Assembly (NCBI GenBank): GCA_965644295.1
Contig: CBFFRP010000402.1
Location: 1-45,389 of the forward strand
Origin: Paraphysomonas bandaiensis
Lineage: Eukaryota; Protista; Chrysophyceae
Length of the DNA: 45,389 nt
Direction: 5' to 3'
Shown: piece by piece, positions 1-11,175 of the stretch
Layout: every line of letters starts with the position of its first letter
Numbering within the stretch: the first letter of the stretch is position 1
Position numbers and translations under genes: made by a program
The notes under the pieces: generated by a model
The model's database searches: none
Seen by the model: the letters and a program-made list of their open reading frames with translations, nothing else
What the model was told of the DNA's origin: nothing

Positions 1-291
1 TTAGAATATGGACTGTATCCTAGTATATTCAATGTGGTACTTGAAGACAATGTACGAGAATACAGTGAAGTATGGTGATGTGTAGATGCTGTTATGATAT
101 TGAGAAAACTGAAATAGTTTGCTCTTTCAAGATATGTTTAGTAGCGAAAGGTCTACAGAAGTAGTGATTTATGCATGGCACAAAACGAGCTTGTGTTGTT
201 TAACACAATTCGTGTAAACGATATTAATAAATCTATCTAGTCTAACAACTTAATCTCTCTTTGATCTAAGTAAAATGAGCATTTCCCAACA
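1..291 (+). repeat. 5' LTR of copia element (truncated by window start)
   Basis: Direct repeat of 5162-5452, ends ...TTCCCAACA immediately before the PBS. Confidence 0.95.
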
Positions 292-3200
292 TGGTAGCGA
301 GCGAGGAGGAGAGAAGGAGGATAGAGGAGTAGTTCCTCAGTTCAACGAGACTAACGTTGAACAATGGATTGAGGACTTCGAGACATTCCTTGTGAGGTAG
401 GAACAAAGCGAGGTAGCGGTGGAACTGCCACCTAAGGAGAGCGACTTCGGGGAGCAGCCACTTACGTTGATGGAGGAGAAGGCGTACAGACAGGCTGTGA
501 AGAGGTATTGGAAGGCGAACGCCATAGCTTATTCTTACTGCAGGGATGCGGTGCAGCATTCCCCGAAAGCGCTGCGTAAATTCCATCTTACCCACAAAGC
601 GTTCAAGGCAGAAGGGAGTGGTGTAAACAGGTTCAAAACACATGTAATGATTGATGAGTTGAAGAAGTGTTTTGCTGGAGGGAAGCAAAATAGGATCAGT
701 GACCTCTTAACTCAATATGGTTCTTTCCGTATGCGTCCGGAGGAGACGGCGAAGGACTACGTACTACGGTTCGAACTACTGCTGAAGGAACTACAGGAGC
801 AGCAGCAGGATATCTCGGAGGTATCAAAAACAAGTCGACTACGAGAAGGCTTGCTCAATGAAGAGTATGCTCAACTGAGAGTTGGATTATACTTGATGGA
901 TGATGATGTTAATTATGTAACTGTATCACGTAAGATAGAAGGCTATGATGATACTATGGCTGGGAAGGAAGCGTTGGAGAAGAAGCGTAAAAGAGTGGAG
1001 GAGCTGAACCTGATAGACAGTAAGAAACGATATCGCAGAGAGAGGGATCATCGTAAGAAGAACAACGGTAAGAAGAAGCCGATGAAGAAGGATACAGAGA
1101 TTACAGGGCAGCGACCTGGAAGTGCCGAATATACTGGGTGCAGAAATTGTAAGTCAAAGGAACATCTTGCCATCGATTGTCCAGCATCGAAAAAGAAGTA
1201 CTCGCAAAGCAAGAGCAAGGCTGTGAGGTTTCAAGATGGAAGGAAACCAGACAAAAGACTACTTACAGTTGAAAACATCAGGCGTGGAGAGCCAGCGGAT
1301 TTGTCTGACGAAGACGAAGCAAATATGATCGAGCAACAGGAAGAGTATCACTTGTCATGTAATGTGTATGAGACGAATATATGCAGTAGTGTGCATGAGG
1401 ATATTCACTATACATACATTGATACCTGTTGTTCGTCATCAATGTTTTTGATAAATGATGTGAATATACTTGATAGTCATATGCACACATCAAAGGTTAT
1501 TAATGGTTCGAAAAAAGGGTCAGAGATATGCGTCACGAGTGTAGGTTCCCGTGGAGCATGGAAGAACATTGAGGTATCAAGTCAGATAAATCGGTGTCTT
1601 TGTTCTGGACGGAAGTTGAACGATATGGGATATCGATTTACTGTATGGTATGGTATACAGATATATGACAGAAATACGGATGAGCTGGTGTTGGAGGGAC
1701 CTATGAAGAATGGAATGACTGCTGTGCCAACACAGCAGTTATTGGAGCTTCCAGACGTATCGACATCCAGTGATTCAGAAGTAAATCTCAGTGACCGTAC
1801 GGGTGAGGATGAACTGGAGCTGTTACATAGGAGAGCGGGTCATTTTAACAAGCATGCGTTGGTAGAAGCCCACAAAAGAATGCTAATTATTGGGACTGGA
1901 CTGAAACGAAAACATCTCTCGAAACGTGTTTCCAAAGAACAGTGTCTATGTGATGTATGCGCCAGGGCGAAGATCACCAGAGTAAGTTTTCGGACAAAGG
2001 ATGAGGACTCCGTTCGTCCAAATTTCTCGGCCGATATAGCAGTATACTTAAATTGTCCAGCTCGAGGAGGGGAAATATATGTGCTCAAACTAACACACCA
2101 TGCCAGTCGGATGTTCTGGTCGGAAGGGCTTGTTCATAGGACTGGGTCATCGGTACTGCAGGTTTTCAAGAAGATTTTTGAAGGAGATGTGAAAAGGTAC
2201 AAATTAGAAATGCATCATTACCATGCAGATGGAGCAGGGGAGCTAATATGTGATGAGCTGCGACAATATCTTAGGTCACAGGGTTGCTATCAACATACGT
2301 GGAGCTCTACGGACTCTCCTGAGATGAACGCGATTGAGGAGCGGAAATTCAGGACCTGTGGTGAGATGACATTAGCGATGCTGATTCAGTCAGGATTGCC
2401 TTCACAGTTTTGGCTAGATGCCTACATGGCAGCCAGGTACATATTAATTCGATTGCCTACAAAGACAGCGAAGGGGTATATGTCCCCTCTTGAATTTTTG
2501 ACTGGTGAGGCTCCCAACCTGAAATATCTCAGAGTATGGGGGTGTCGTGCGTATGTCCTCACTACAAAGGCGGATCGACGGAAAGACTGGGACGACAAGG
2601 CCCTTATCGGATATCTGATAGGATATTCAGATGAAAAGGTAGGATATGATGTATATCTACCTGCGACTGATAGGGTCGTCACGTCGGTACATGTATTAAC
2701 TGATGAGTCCATACCGTCACGCTCGGAGAGCTATTTCGCTGAGATAGATGCTCTTCGAGTGAAGGAGGCCGAGAGACCGAAAATTGTGTCTGACTATGCG
2801 GGCTTAGAAGGTACATATCATATTGATGATGAGGATGGTCTTCTCTACAAGACCACGAGAGTAGTAGAACGAAAGGGGGTAATAGTAGCCTATCGATCTC
2901 TGGTAACTGCAGGTCGGAAGCATATCGAGCACCGGGTGCCGATTCACGTCGAGGACGTAGTGCGAATGACTGCAGAAACTCCCGGGAATACCGGATATAT
3001 AGGAAAGGGGGACGCCCTGAGTACTATGCCAGCCAGGGTGCTGGACCAGGGAAGACCTGGAGGGTTACAGGAGAGTCCTGACCCAACCTGTCAGGAGACA
3101 GCTGTGAGGTTGCAGACCTCTGAAGACTATGAGTCTGGGGTTGTGAGCGGGGCTCCTCCCACAACGCACGATGTGCGTGCTCAGGATGAGCAAGGTACGG

Positions 3201-4986
3201 GTTCTTATATACCTCGTCGACCGATTGAACTAGATGGTGATGGTCGGGTCCGACGCAAACGGCTGCAGCGGAGACTGGCAAACGCGTCAGTTTTAGGAGA
3301 GATTAATATGGTTGAAGTACCGGATGCGCATAATATTGATCTTAACCATGCAGAGACAGAAGATATCAAGATACCAAATTCATATGCCGAGGCAGAGAGA
3401 TCTCCACAGTATCAACAATGGAGAAAAGCTCGAATGGTGGAGAAGACATCATTGCTGAAAAGACGTGTCTTGAAGATCGTGAAAATTCCAAGCGGAGTGA
3501 AATTAGTTAGAGCGAAATATGTGCATACGGTGAAGCGAGACATACTAGGGAATATAGTAAAGTACAAGGCTCGGCTAGTGGCATTAGGAAATCTCCAAGA
3601 GAAGAAGGAGGAGGAGCCGTCCACTTTCGCTCCAGTGGTTAAGGGTATAACCATTAGACTAGTGTTAGCGATTGCGTTTATGTTACAGATGCATGTGCAT
3701 CAATTAGATGTATCATCCGCATTTTGCTATGCAGATCTGGAGGATGACGTGTATATGGCACCTCCACCAGATGAGGAATTACTAGCTGGATGGTGTTTTC
3801 AACTAATCAAGGCATTGTATGGACTGCGATCTTCACCGCGACAGTGGAATAAACATATTGACAAGTTTATTAAATCATTGCATTTTACTCCGTGTATTTT
3901 GGATACGTGTTTGTATATGCGATGGAGTAACGGAAAACTGCATTTATTATTGATATATGTTGATGATATCATAATTGCATCCGCTGATCTGACTTACTTG
4001 GAAAGCGTAAAGCGTAGGTTCTGTGAAACATTCGAGATGCATGATCTGGGAGTGTGTAAGCGATTTCTGAACATCAGGATAACCAGAGGAGAAAATTGGT
4101 ATATGTTAGATCAATCTGAGTATGCTAAGAATATTATCAAGAAATTCAGCTCAGTTATGGGAAAGAGTAGTAAGAATAAGGAGGCCCCACTACCTACTAA
4201 TGTTCAGGATCTGTTGGCAGAGGAACGTGAACTTACGGAGGAGCAGAAGCAGTGGGTTGACTCATTTCCGTATCGGCAAATTATTGGAGCAGTGTTGTAT
4301 CTAGCAATGCATACTAGACCTGATCTGGCTTATGCAGTGGGGTTATTGTCTCGATTTAGTAGTTGTCCGACATATGCATCGTGCAAACTGGCGATTCACT
4401 TATTGAAATATTTGCGTGGAACAATTGATGAGGGCATCAGATTCAGTGGGAGTGAGTTCGACTTACATGTGTTCAGTGATTCAGATTGGGCTGGTGATAG
4501 ACTGACTCGGCGATCGACAACAGGATACATTGTGTTCTTATGTGCAGGCGCATTGGCCTGGCAGTCTAAACTACAGACCACAGTTGCAACTTCGAGCATG
4601 GAATCTGAATATATGGCGGAGTATGCGGCTATGCAAGAACTGGTGTGGCTTCGGGGGTGTTCAAGGAGCTCGGGCTCTTAGTTGCGAAGCCGACTCCATT
4701 CTTTATGGATAGCAAGAGTGCGAAAGATCTCTCCGAGAATCCTGTGTATCATAAGAGGTCGAAGCATATAGACATCAAGTATCACTGGGTGAGAGAGCAT
4801 GTAAATGGAAAATTTCCTACGGCAAAGTTGATTCATGTGTCGACGGATGATATGGCGGCTGATATTTTCACGAAGGCATTGTCAACGAAACTTTTCAGTC
4901 GTCATGAGAAAACTATTACCGGGGTTAAGAGAAGTGTGTCAACCAGAGTTGAGGAGCAGCAGAAGAAGCGACCCCGAAGAGGTTAA
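275..4986 (+). CDS. Copia Gag-Pol polyprotein, interrupted by an in-frame TAG at 398-400 and a 1-nt frameshift at ~4653-4657
   Basis: ATG at 275 is in frame with ORF 419-4681. CCHC knuckle CRNCKSKEHLAIDC; protease YIDTCCS; LLHRRAGH...CDVC; integrase HADGAGE...EMNAIEER; LRVWGCRAYV; RT YKARLVA...LYGLRSSPRQW...IYVDDII; RNase H FSDSDWA...SSMESEY, continuing in 4645-4986 (MDSKSA, HKRSKHIDIKYHWVRE, ADIFTKAL). Confidence 0.95.
292..303 (+). promoter_or_regulatory. Primer binding site, probably for initiator tRNA-Met
   Basis: TGGTAGCGAG immediately after the LTR is complementary to a ...CUCGCUACCA tRNA 3' end, resembling the Ty1 iMet PBS TGGTAGCG. Confidence 0.75.
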
Positions 4987-5159
4987 AGGTGTGTTTTAGT
5001 GGGTGAGAATCCCACATAACTATATATCTAGTTGACTGCTAGTTATATATGTATCTTGATAAGATTTCACATCTATTTTACCTATGAGACTAGTTTATAG
5101 CATGAAGATCACTGTACTCATTGTTGTTTCGTATCACTGCATTCTACATTGAGTGGGAG

Positions 5160-5452
5160 TATTAGAATATGGACTGTATCCTAGTATATTCAATGTGGTA
5201 CTTGAAGACAATGTACGAGAATACAGTGAAGTATGGTGATGTGTAGATGCTGTTATGATATTGAGAAAACTGAAATAGTTTGCTCTTTCAAGATATGTTT
5301 AGTAGCGAAAGGTCTACAGAAGTAGTGATTTATGCATGGCACAAAACGAGCTTGTGTTGTTTAACACAATTCGTGTAAACGATATTAATAAATCTATCTA
5401 GTCTAACAACTTAATCTCTCTTTGATCTAAGTAAAATGAGCATTTCCCAACA
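5160..5452 (+). repeat. 3' LTR of copia element (293 bp, TA...CA termini)
   Basis: Starts directly after the PPT (GAGTGGGAG|TATTAG), ends CCAACA, no mismatch seen against the 5' copy. Confidence 0.93.
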
Positions 5453-5756
5453 GATATTAATAAATCTATCTAGTCGTACGACAAATTCTCTCTGAGATCT
5501 AGTTTAGAATGAGCAATTTTCAATATGGTAGTGAGCGAGAAGGAGAAAAGGAGGATAGAGGAGTACTTCCGCAGTTTACCGAGAATAATGTTGAGCAATG
5601 GATCGAGCAGAGTGAAATAGCGGTGGAACCGCCTCCTAAGGAAAGCGACTTCTGGGAGCAGCCACTCACGTTAATGGAGGAGAAGGCTTACAGACAGGCT
5701 GTGAAAAAACACTGGAAGGCGAAATATTACGAGTGAAGAATGAGCAGTTTCCAACA
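5453..5756 (+). mobile_element. Older, diverged and internally deleted relative of the same copia family (LTR 3' part + PBS + gag 5' end + LTR-like terminus)
   Basis: Begins GATATTAATAAATCTATCTAGTC (= LTR nt ~220-242). ORF 5509-5736 MSNFQYGSEREGEKEDRGVLPQF parallels gag MSISQHGSERGGEKEDRGVVPQF. Ends AATGAGCAGTTTCCAACA, like the LTR end AATGAGCATTTCCCAACA. Confidence 0.88.
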
Positions 5757-5973
5757 AGGACAAATCGATGACGCAGTAACTTTTCGCATTTTGATTTGAT
5801 TACTTCAGTGCTAAATCGGAATGTCCATTTATAACACAGGAAATTTTACTAGTAACCACCAATATTTCCGTTGTAACTTAGTTTACTAGCTAATTTAGAA
5901 CAAAAGTCACGAGAATAGATAATGTAGTATCAAATCATCACATCTATACTACAACTGGAACTGGCACCTCCAG

Positions 5974-8768
5974 CTAGCCATCTTCGTTCTTTGGAGCGGT
6001 GGATTCAGCATCCGCAAATACATCTACCGCTGAGGCTGTTCCAAAAGGATCAAAAGTATCACCTATTCCATCAGATAGAGTTAGTGAGAGAGTCACAAAT
6101 GACACAGAAATCTACCCGTTGATGCAGCTTCAGTTGACTTGGAATCAAAACCACTAGTAGAAAAGTCAGCAAATACTTCAGCGGGTCCACTGGAGTCAAA
6201 ACTAGCCTCAAAGGGAGCAGTGGTTGCTGACTCGAAGTCTGCGAACGCAGCATCAAACGTGTTTACCATATCACTTCCCTTTGACGGAAAAGCGAAGTCC
6301 GAGTTTTCGAAGGCATTAAATTGTTCCCCAATACCCTGTTCCGCTGTATTATCCTCTTCATCACTGTCGTCATCACTGCTACTGGACCCAGAAAATTGGT
6401 CACCTGAAGCTTGGTTGTCCATAGCATGTACGAGACGATCGGCAGTATGCTCTAGCTCCTCGTCGTCAGGGGTAGTGGGGTCGATCTCGTCCACCTTTGT
6501 ATTAGCCCACGCTGATCGGTCATTGAGTGCTAGGGCTTCCAGAGCCACATCCATTTGTGATGGCGACTGAACCTTCGGGCTGGAATCCTGCACAGTGTTA
6601 TTACGCACCAACAGAATGCTGTAATAAAATAAACACTCATATGATTACTTAATTACTTACGGGTGTCACATCTACAGCAGCAAAAACGGTTTGCTTTTCG
6701 ATTAGCGCACGCAATTCCTTGCTTTCGAATGCGTCCCACTGCTCGGCTATGTTACACTCCTCCATAACACGTCGCAAGACAGAGGCGCCAGAAGGAATCT
6801 TCTCACTGTCCTGACTATTTATCAATTACACAAAGAAAATATAATACGCATGTATCCATGACAGCAAAACAAATACTAACGTGGTGTGGAGCGCGCTCTT
6901 GGTCTTGTCCTGGCCGTCATTCTCCATCGACATCGCTAGTACGCTGTCCTCTTCCGCCCTCAGAACAGCCGAAAGCGTCTACGCTTAAGTATTAATTGTA
7001 ATAAAACTGCGATGACCTACTGCATTAACCTGTGCAATTGTGATTACGTGTCCAACTATCGGACGTCTGCTGCCAGCAATCAGCTGTCTCGGTGATCTTC
7101 CGTTTCCATCACCGTCAGTACGATCGCCATCCTTGGTGCCTGATTCCTCTCCTACCACCTCCATTACATGTTCAACCAGTCCGCAATCAGATAGAAGGTG
7201 CTTAAGAGTCCTACATACAATACGCGAGTTGAATATATAGTTTTATTGGAGACAGTGTCCTTACCGATCAGTTGCACCACCTTCAATGAGAATTAGTACA
7301 ATACGCTGTACGGATAAATGAAGCAAGGAGTTTAAAGGGTATGCAAACATGAGATCAATACAGGCACGAAATGCCCCTGAAGAACAGAGCGCCTCGTCTA
7401 CGTCATCATTGGCCAGTCTCACAACTGCCTCCACTAATTTTACTAGATGAAGGCCCCTGGGTCCCAGTCGGGTGAACGTCTGATTGCACTGAGCATCAAA
7501 TGTACCACATATAGGCGATGAAGAAGGAGTGGTCCCAGCACAGTGCGCTCTGAGTTGTTCCGCAATCTGCGGCACCACTGGAATGAAGGCCCGGCTAATC
7601 TTCTCAACGCTCTCTGCGATGAGTGCAGAAGTTCGCCCCTCAGCATCTGCACCTTCTTCTCCCTGTTGAGCTCCACCAAATTCGAAAGGGTTCAGAGACT
7701 CACAAAGTCTCGAGACGAGGGACTCAAGTACAGACATGGAGGCCAGACTGATGCTAAGCTCCACAGTGGGTTGATCGGTGTAAGAGGTCGGCTCGGAGTG
7801 CTCCATCGCAACGTAGGAGAGCATCTCAGGCAAATACTTCGAGTCCCGAAGGTTCGTAAGGAACAAGGACTCATGCGGGGAAAGCTGAAGCACAGTAATA
7901 AGTAAATCAGATATGTGAGAGGGAACATCAGGCGATTGCTTCTCCAGCATCCGTTCAAATAGCATGTCACAGGTCTCCTCCTGGTAAGACCAGTCGCACT
8001 GATAGCTTCTGCGTTCCTCCAGGCTCAATGACTCCATATCTTCATTGGAAAAAGGAATGTGAGGAAGCATAATGCGCTGCACAATCTGCATCATTGAGTA
8101 ATTATCTATATGTGTCAGAAACTTTCTTAGCAAGGGCATTCCACCCTTGTTGAGGTATGCCATAACAGGTACTGTCATACGCCGAAAGAGCATCTCCAAG
8201 ATTTTCTCAAAATAGCCCGCCAGATAGTGGTCCAGTGGGGAATCCAACGAAAGGATTGAAAAAAGTCGATCAAAGTACTTCCCCTCAAATTCATTCACTA
8301 GTAGCTCCAGAATTGTGGAAACTTCACAACAAAACACCTCACAACTCGCGTAAGGATACCTGTAATCCAAATAAGAACGAATACAAGGACACACATTCAA
8401 TGTACATACTTATATTTTCTAAGGTCACTGGCATCTTCGTCAGCGGGAGTGATAATATACCCGACTAATTTTTCAATAACCTCTTCAGTTGCAAGGCTGT
8501 AAGAGCATTAGACGAAAGCTGAGATGCATATATACATAATTACAATTCAATGAGACGTCCGTTCCCGGATTTGACTTCCTGAAGAAGCTCATCTTCTTCT
8601 AACAGCTCTTCTAATGTGTATGACTCCTTGTCGAGGATATCATTAACGGGGCTAATGAATGTAAGCATGTTAGCAGTCGTCACAACAAACATCATATAGA
8701 AACCTCGCAAAACTTATTCCGCTTATAGACCATATATCTCCCTGTCCCAAGGAGGCAAATAAAGACAT
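5974..8768 (-). CDS. SIT4-associated protein / protein phosphatase 6 regulatory subunit (SAPS family), multi-exon
   Basis: Spliced N-terminus MSLFASLG...SPVNDILDKESYTLEELLEEDELLQEVK; YRYPYASCEVFCCEV; LAGYFEKILEML; YPLNSLLHLSV; acidic low-complexity tail. GT-AG introns; stop at 5974-5976. Confidence 0.9.
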
Positions 8769-9308
8769 TCTCCACACTAATCTGTTCGACGATATATCTT
8801 AGTTGCAACTCATGACCTTCAGTGTGGATTATATTGAGGAAATGCTTGTGTGTTTATGTACAGTATGTATGTATGTGTGTGTAGATGTGTAGACGTGCAT
8901 GCACATGTATATATGGGGGGGGGTGTATGCGTGTGCTCCAGTATTTGTGTGTGAATGGGAAAGACTAGAGAAGGAAGAGTAATTCACACCACCACCAGAA
9001 TACTATGATTTTGGGATTCGTGTTGCTAAAAACCCCTATTTTACTGTATATGAATTTGAAAATTAAAAAAATGCGGCCCAGTGTATACTGCTGTACTCTA
9101 TAGGTATACAACGACACTGTTGTATACAGCGGATTTTTACGTTTCGTTGAGATGTTTGTTGGGTATTGTGATGCATACATACACATATAGATCCGTATAT
9201 AGATGTGTACATATGCATGTTTCTAGACAACGAACTCGCATCACAACAATATCTTGCTCTATATATACCACTGCTGCCCACTCGTTCCATCACTTACTCT
9301 ATATTGAT

Positions 9309-9737
9309 ATGAAGAGCTATTTTATTGCCGCAGTCCTGTGCGCATCTGCTTGTTTCTTGTCTGTTCAAGGTTGGTTATTTACTATTTAAATTAATTCCTT
9401 CAACTGTGCTGCAGCCGACGGAGAAGTGTGGGTTTGTTCAATTGGAGATGAAAGATTTTTGGGCAAGTATACTTCTGGAAATGAAATGGATGATGCGCCT
9501 ACATACGTGAATGATAATGGGATGGCTTTTTTTCGAAACAATAAATTTTGGTACCTTGGTAGCCTAGAGTCGTGGCCACCTGTGACATATTATCGATGTG
9601 TGGATTATGAAGGGTGCAATGCTAACGAAGTTATTCCACCATCTCCCGGTAAGTGGACTACAAACAAGAAATTTGGAAAAGAACCGACTCCAGTTGTGAG
9701 CATGACTCCCTGTGACCAGGGTAGCGAAGAGTTGTAA
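9309..9737 (+). CDS. Small secreted/ER-lumenal protein (signal peptide, C-terminal SEEL), 2 exons
   Basis: MKSYFIAAVLCASACFLSVQA signal peptide. GT-AG intron 9370-9414 joins in frame to ORF 9426-9737. Ends ...GSEEL*. Confidence 0.75.
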
Positions 9738-11175
9738 CTTGCAACCTAATTAATAACATGAAATTCAGTTGTTCGTATTATTATATTTTGTTGTCGTAGT
9801 AACTGTACATGTTGTGTTTAACCTCACTAATGACTGTGCAGCTACTAAGTACATCAGCAAAATGTTCCTCAGCCCCTCAGCTACTTAGTACGTTTGCTGT
9901 TTCTACAAGTCTAACAGTGACACCGCTGCAAAGTGCAAGCTCCTTCAATGATATCAACAATACATACATTGAAATCATATGCAAGGATACACACATGACA
10001 ATGACTGGATAATGGTATTCTAGTAAGCTGTACACGAATTGCCTGCCTTCTGCTTTAGTACAACAGCGGCGAATTCGATTTTGTAATCCATAATTATTGA
10101 TAAACTTTACTATAAGAACTTCTGTAGCATTTTTATTCATTATTAGGTCTCCTTACAAATAGATGTACTGAATCTCGCACGACATTATATTTACATGCTA
10201 CAAGAAGTGCTTAATATACAACACTTGCTATACACTATATAGGCATAGAAGAGGTCCATTCATATCTTAGCGACATCATATGTTCCCATACAATCTACTT
10301 GTACTAGCACAAATAATTTTCAATAGAGCTAGAACATTATTCTTGCAAGGGGATGCCAGAAGTAGTACTAGCATCTACCTAGCTAAATGGCTCAACCTAG
10401 AATTCGTACAAGATCCGGTAAATTTAGAATCCCTCCTTCATACTGCCAGAGATATCATCATACCCCGTTCATCAAATGAACACCCCCTCCGTATTATTGT
10501 ACCACCGTAGCCTGTAAATCACTGGCTGCGGTATGAACGTCTGATAGTTGCGTAGATTCTGTTGGTTGTCCTAGTCGGGATGTTAAGTAAAACGACAGCA
10601 ATACACACTAAATATCGTTCCAATAATATGTGTTCCGTGTTTGACAGCCTCGCTTATACAAGTATTCCAGTTCTATTCCTATCCGATAGATATTCCCACA
10701 CCTCTTCTACTGTATATATAGGGTCTGACCACATCGTCCTGTGTGTTTGCATCCCACTTATTATTCGGTATGCTAATCGCATTCAAGACATGCGCAAGGT
10801 ACTCCATGTTGTGATTGTAGTCCGCTGGGCCCTATGTATTACATTGCCCCGATCTGACCATTTCCTTTAAACTACCTCTCATATCATACAGCGATATCTC
10901 GGTCCTCATATCTACTCTGTGTACTGTATACAGCAGTATATGCAGAGATGTAAAAATCCTCTAAAGCAGAAAAAGAGGGAAAATGCGATAAAATTTGGGG
11001 ATTTTAAGACTCAAGGCTAATATATCTCCAGTGTAGTGTCTGTATTTCGACTGTATTCTCACCTCTTTGTGCGGCGACACTGACATCTTCACCTGCGAGA
11101 GCACACAGCACACAGCACGGGTGTATTAATTAATATCAGGACAAGAGCGACCGAGAGCGGCGATTCACCTCAACA

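Larger units (their letters stand above)
1..5452 (+). mobile_element. Ty1/copia LTR retrotransposon, full length, very recent (first 2 nt of the 5' LTR lie outside the window)
   Basis: 1-291 reads identical to 5162-5452. PBS TGGTAGCGAGCG follows the 5' LTR. Polypurine tract GAGTGGGAG at 5151-5159. Polyprotein order gag-PR-IN-RT-RH is the copia order. Confidence 0.97.

Noticed and set aside
266-4712. Antisense and overlapping ORFs within the copia element, and similar shadows inside host genes
   Set aside because: Shadow ORFs of long coding regions with no independent motifs
9800-10900. Possible minus-strand gene divergent from PAP
   Set aside because: Only short stop-interrupted frames; I could not build a credible spliced model or recognise a motif
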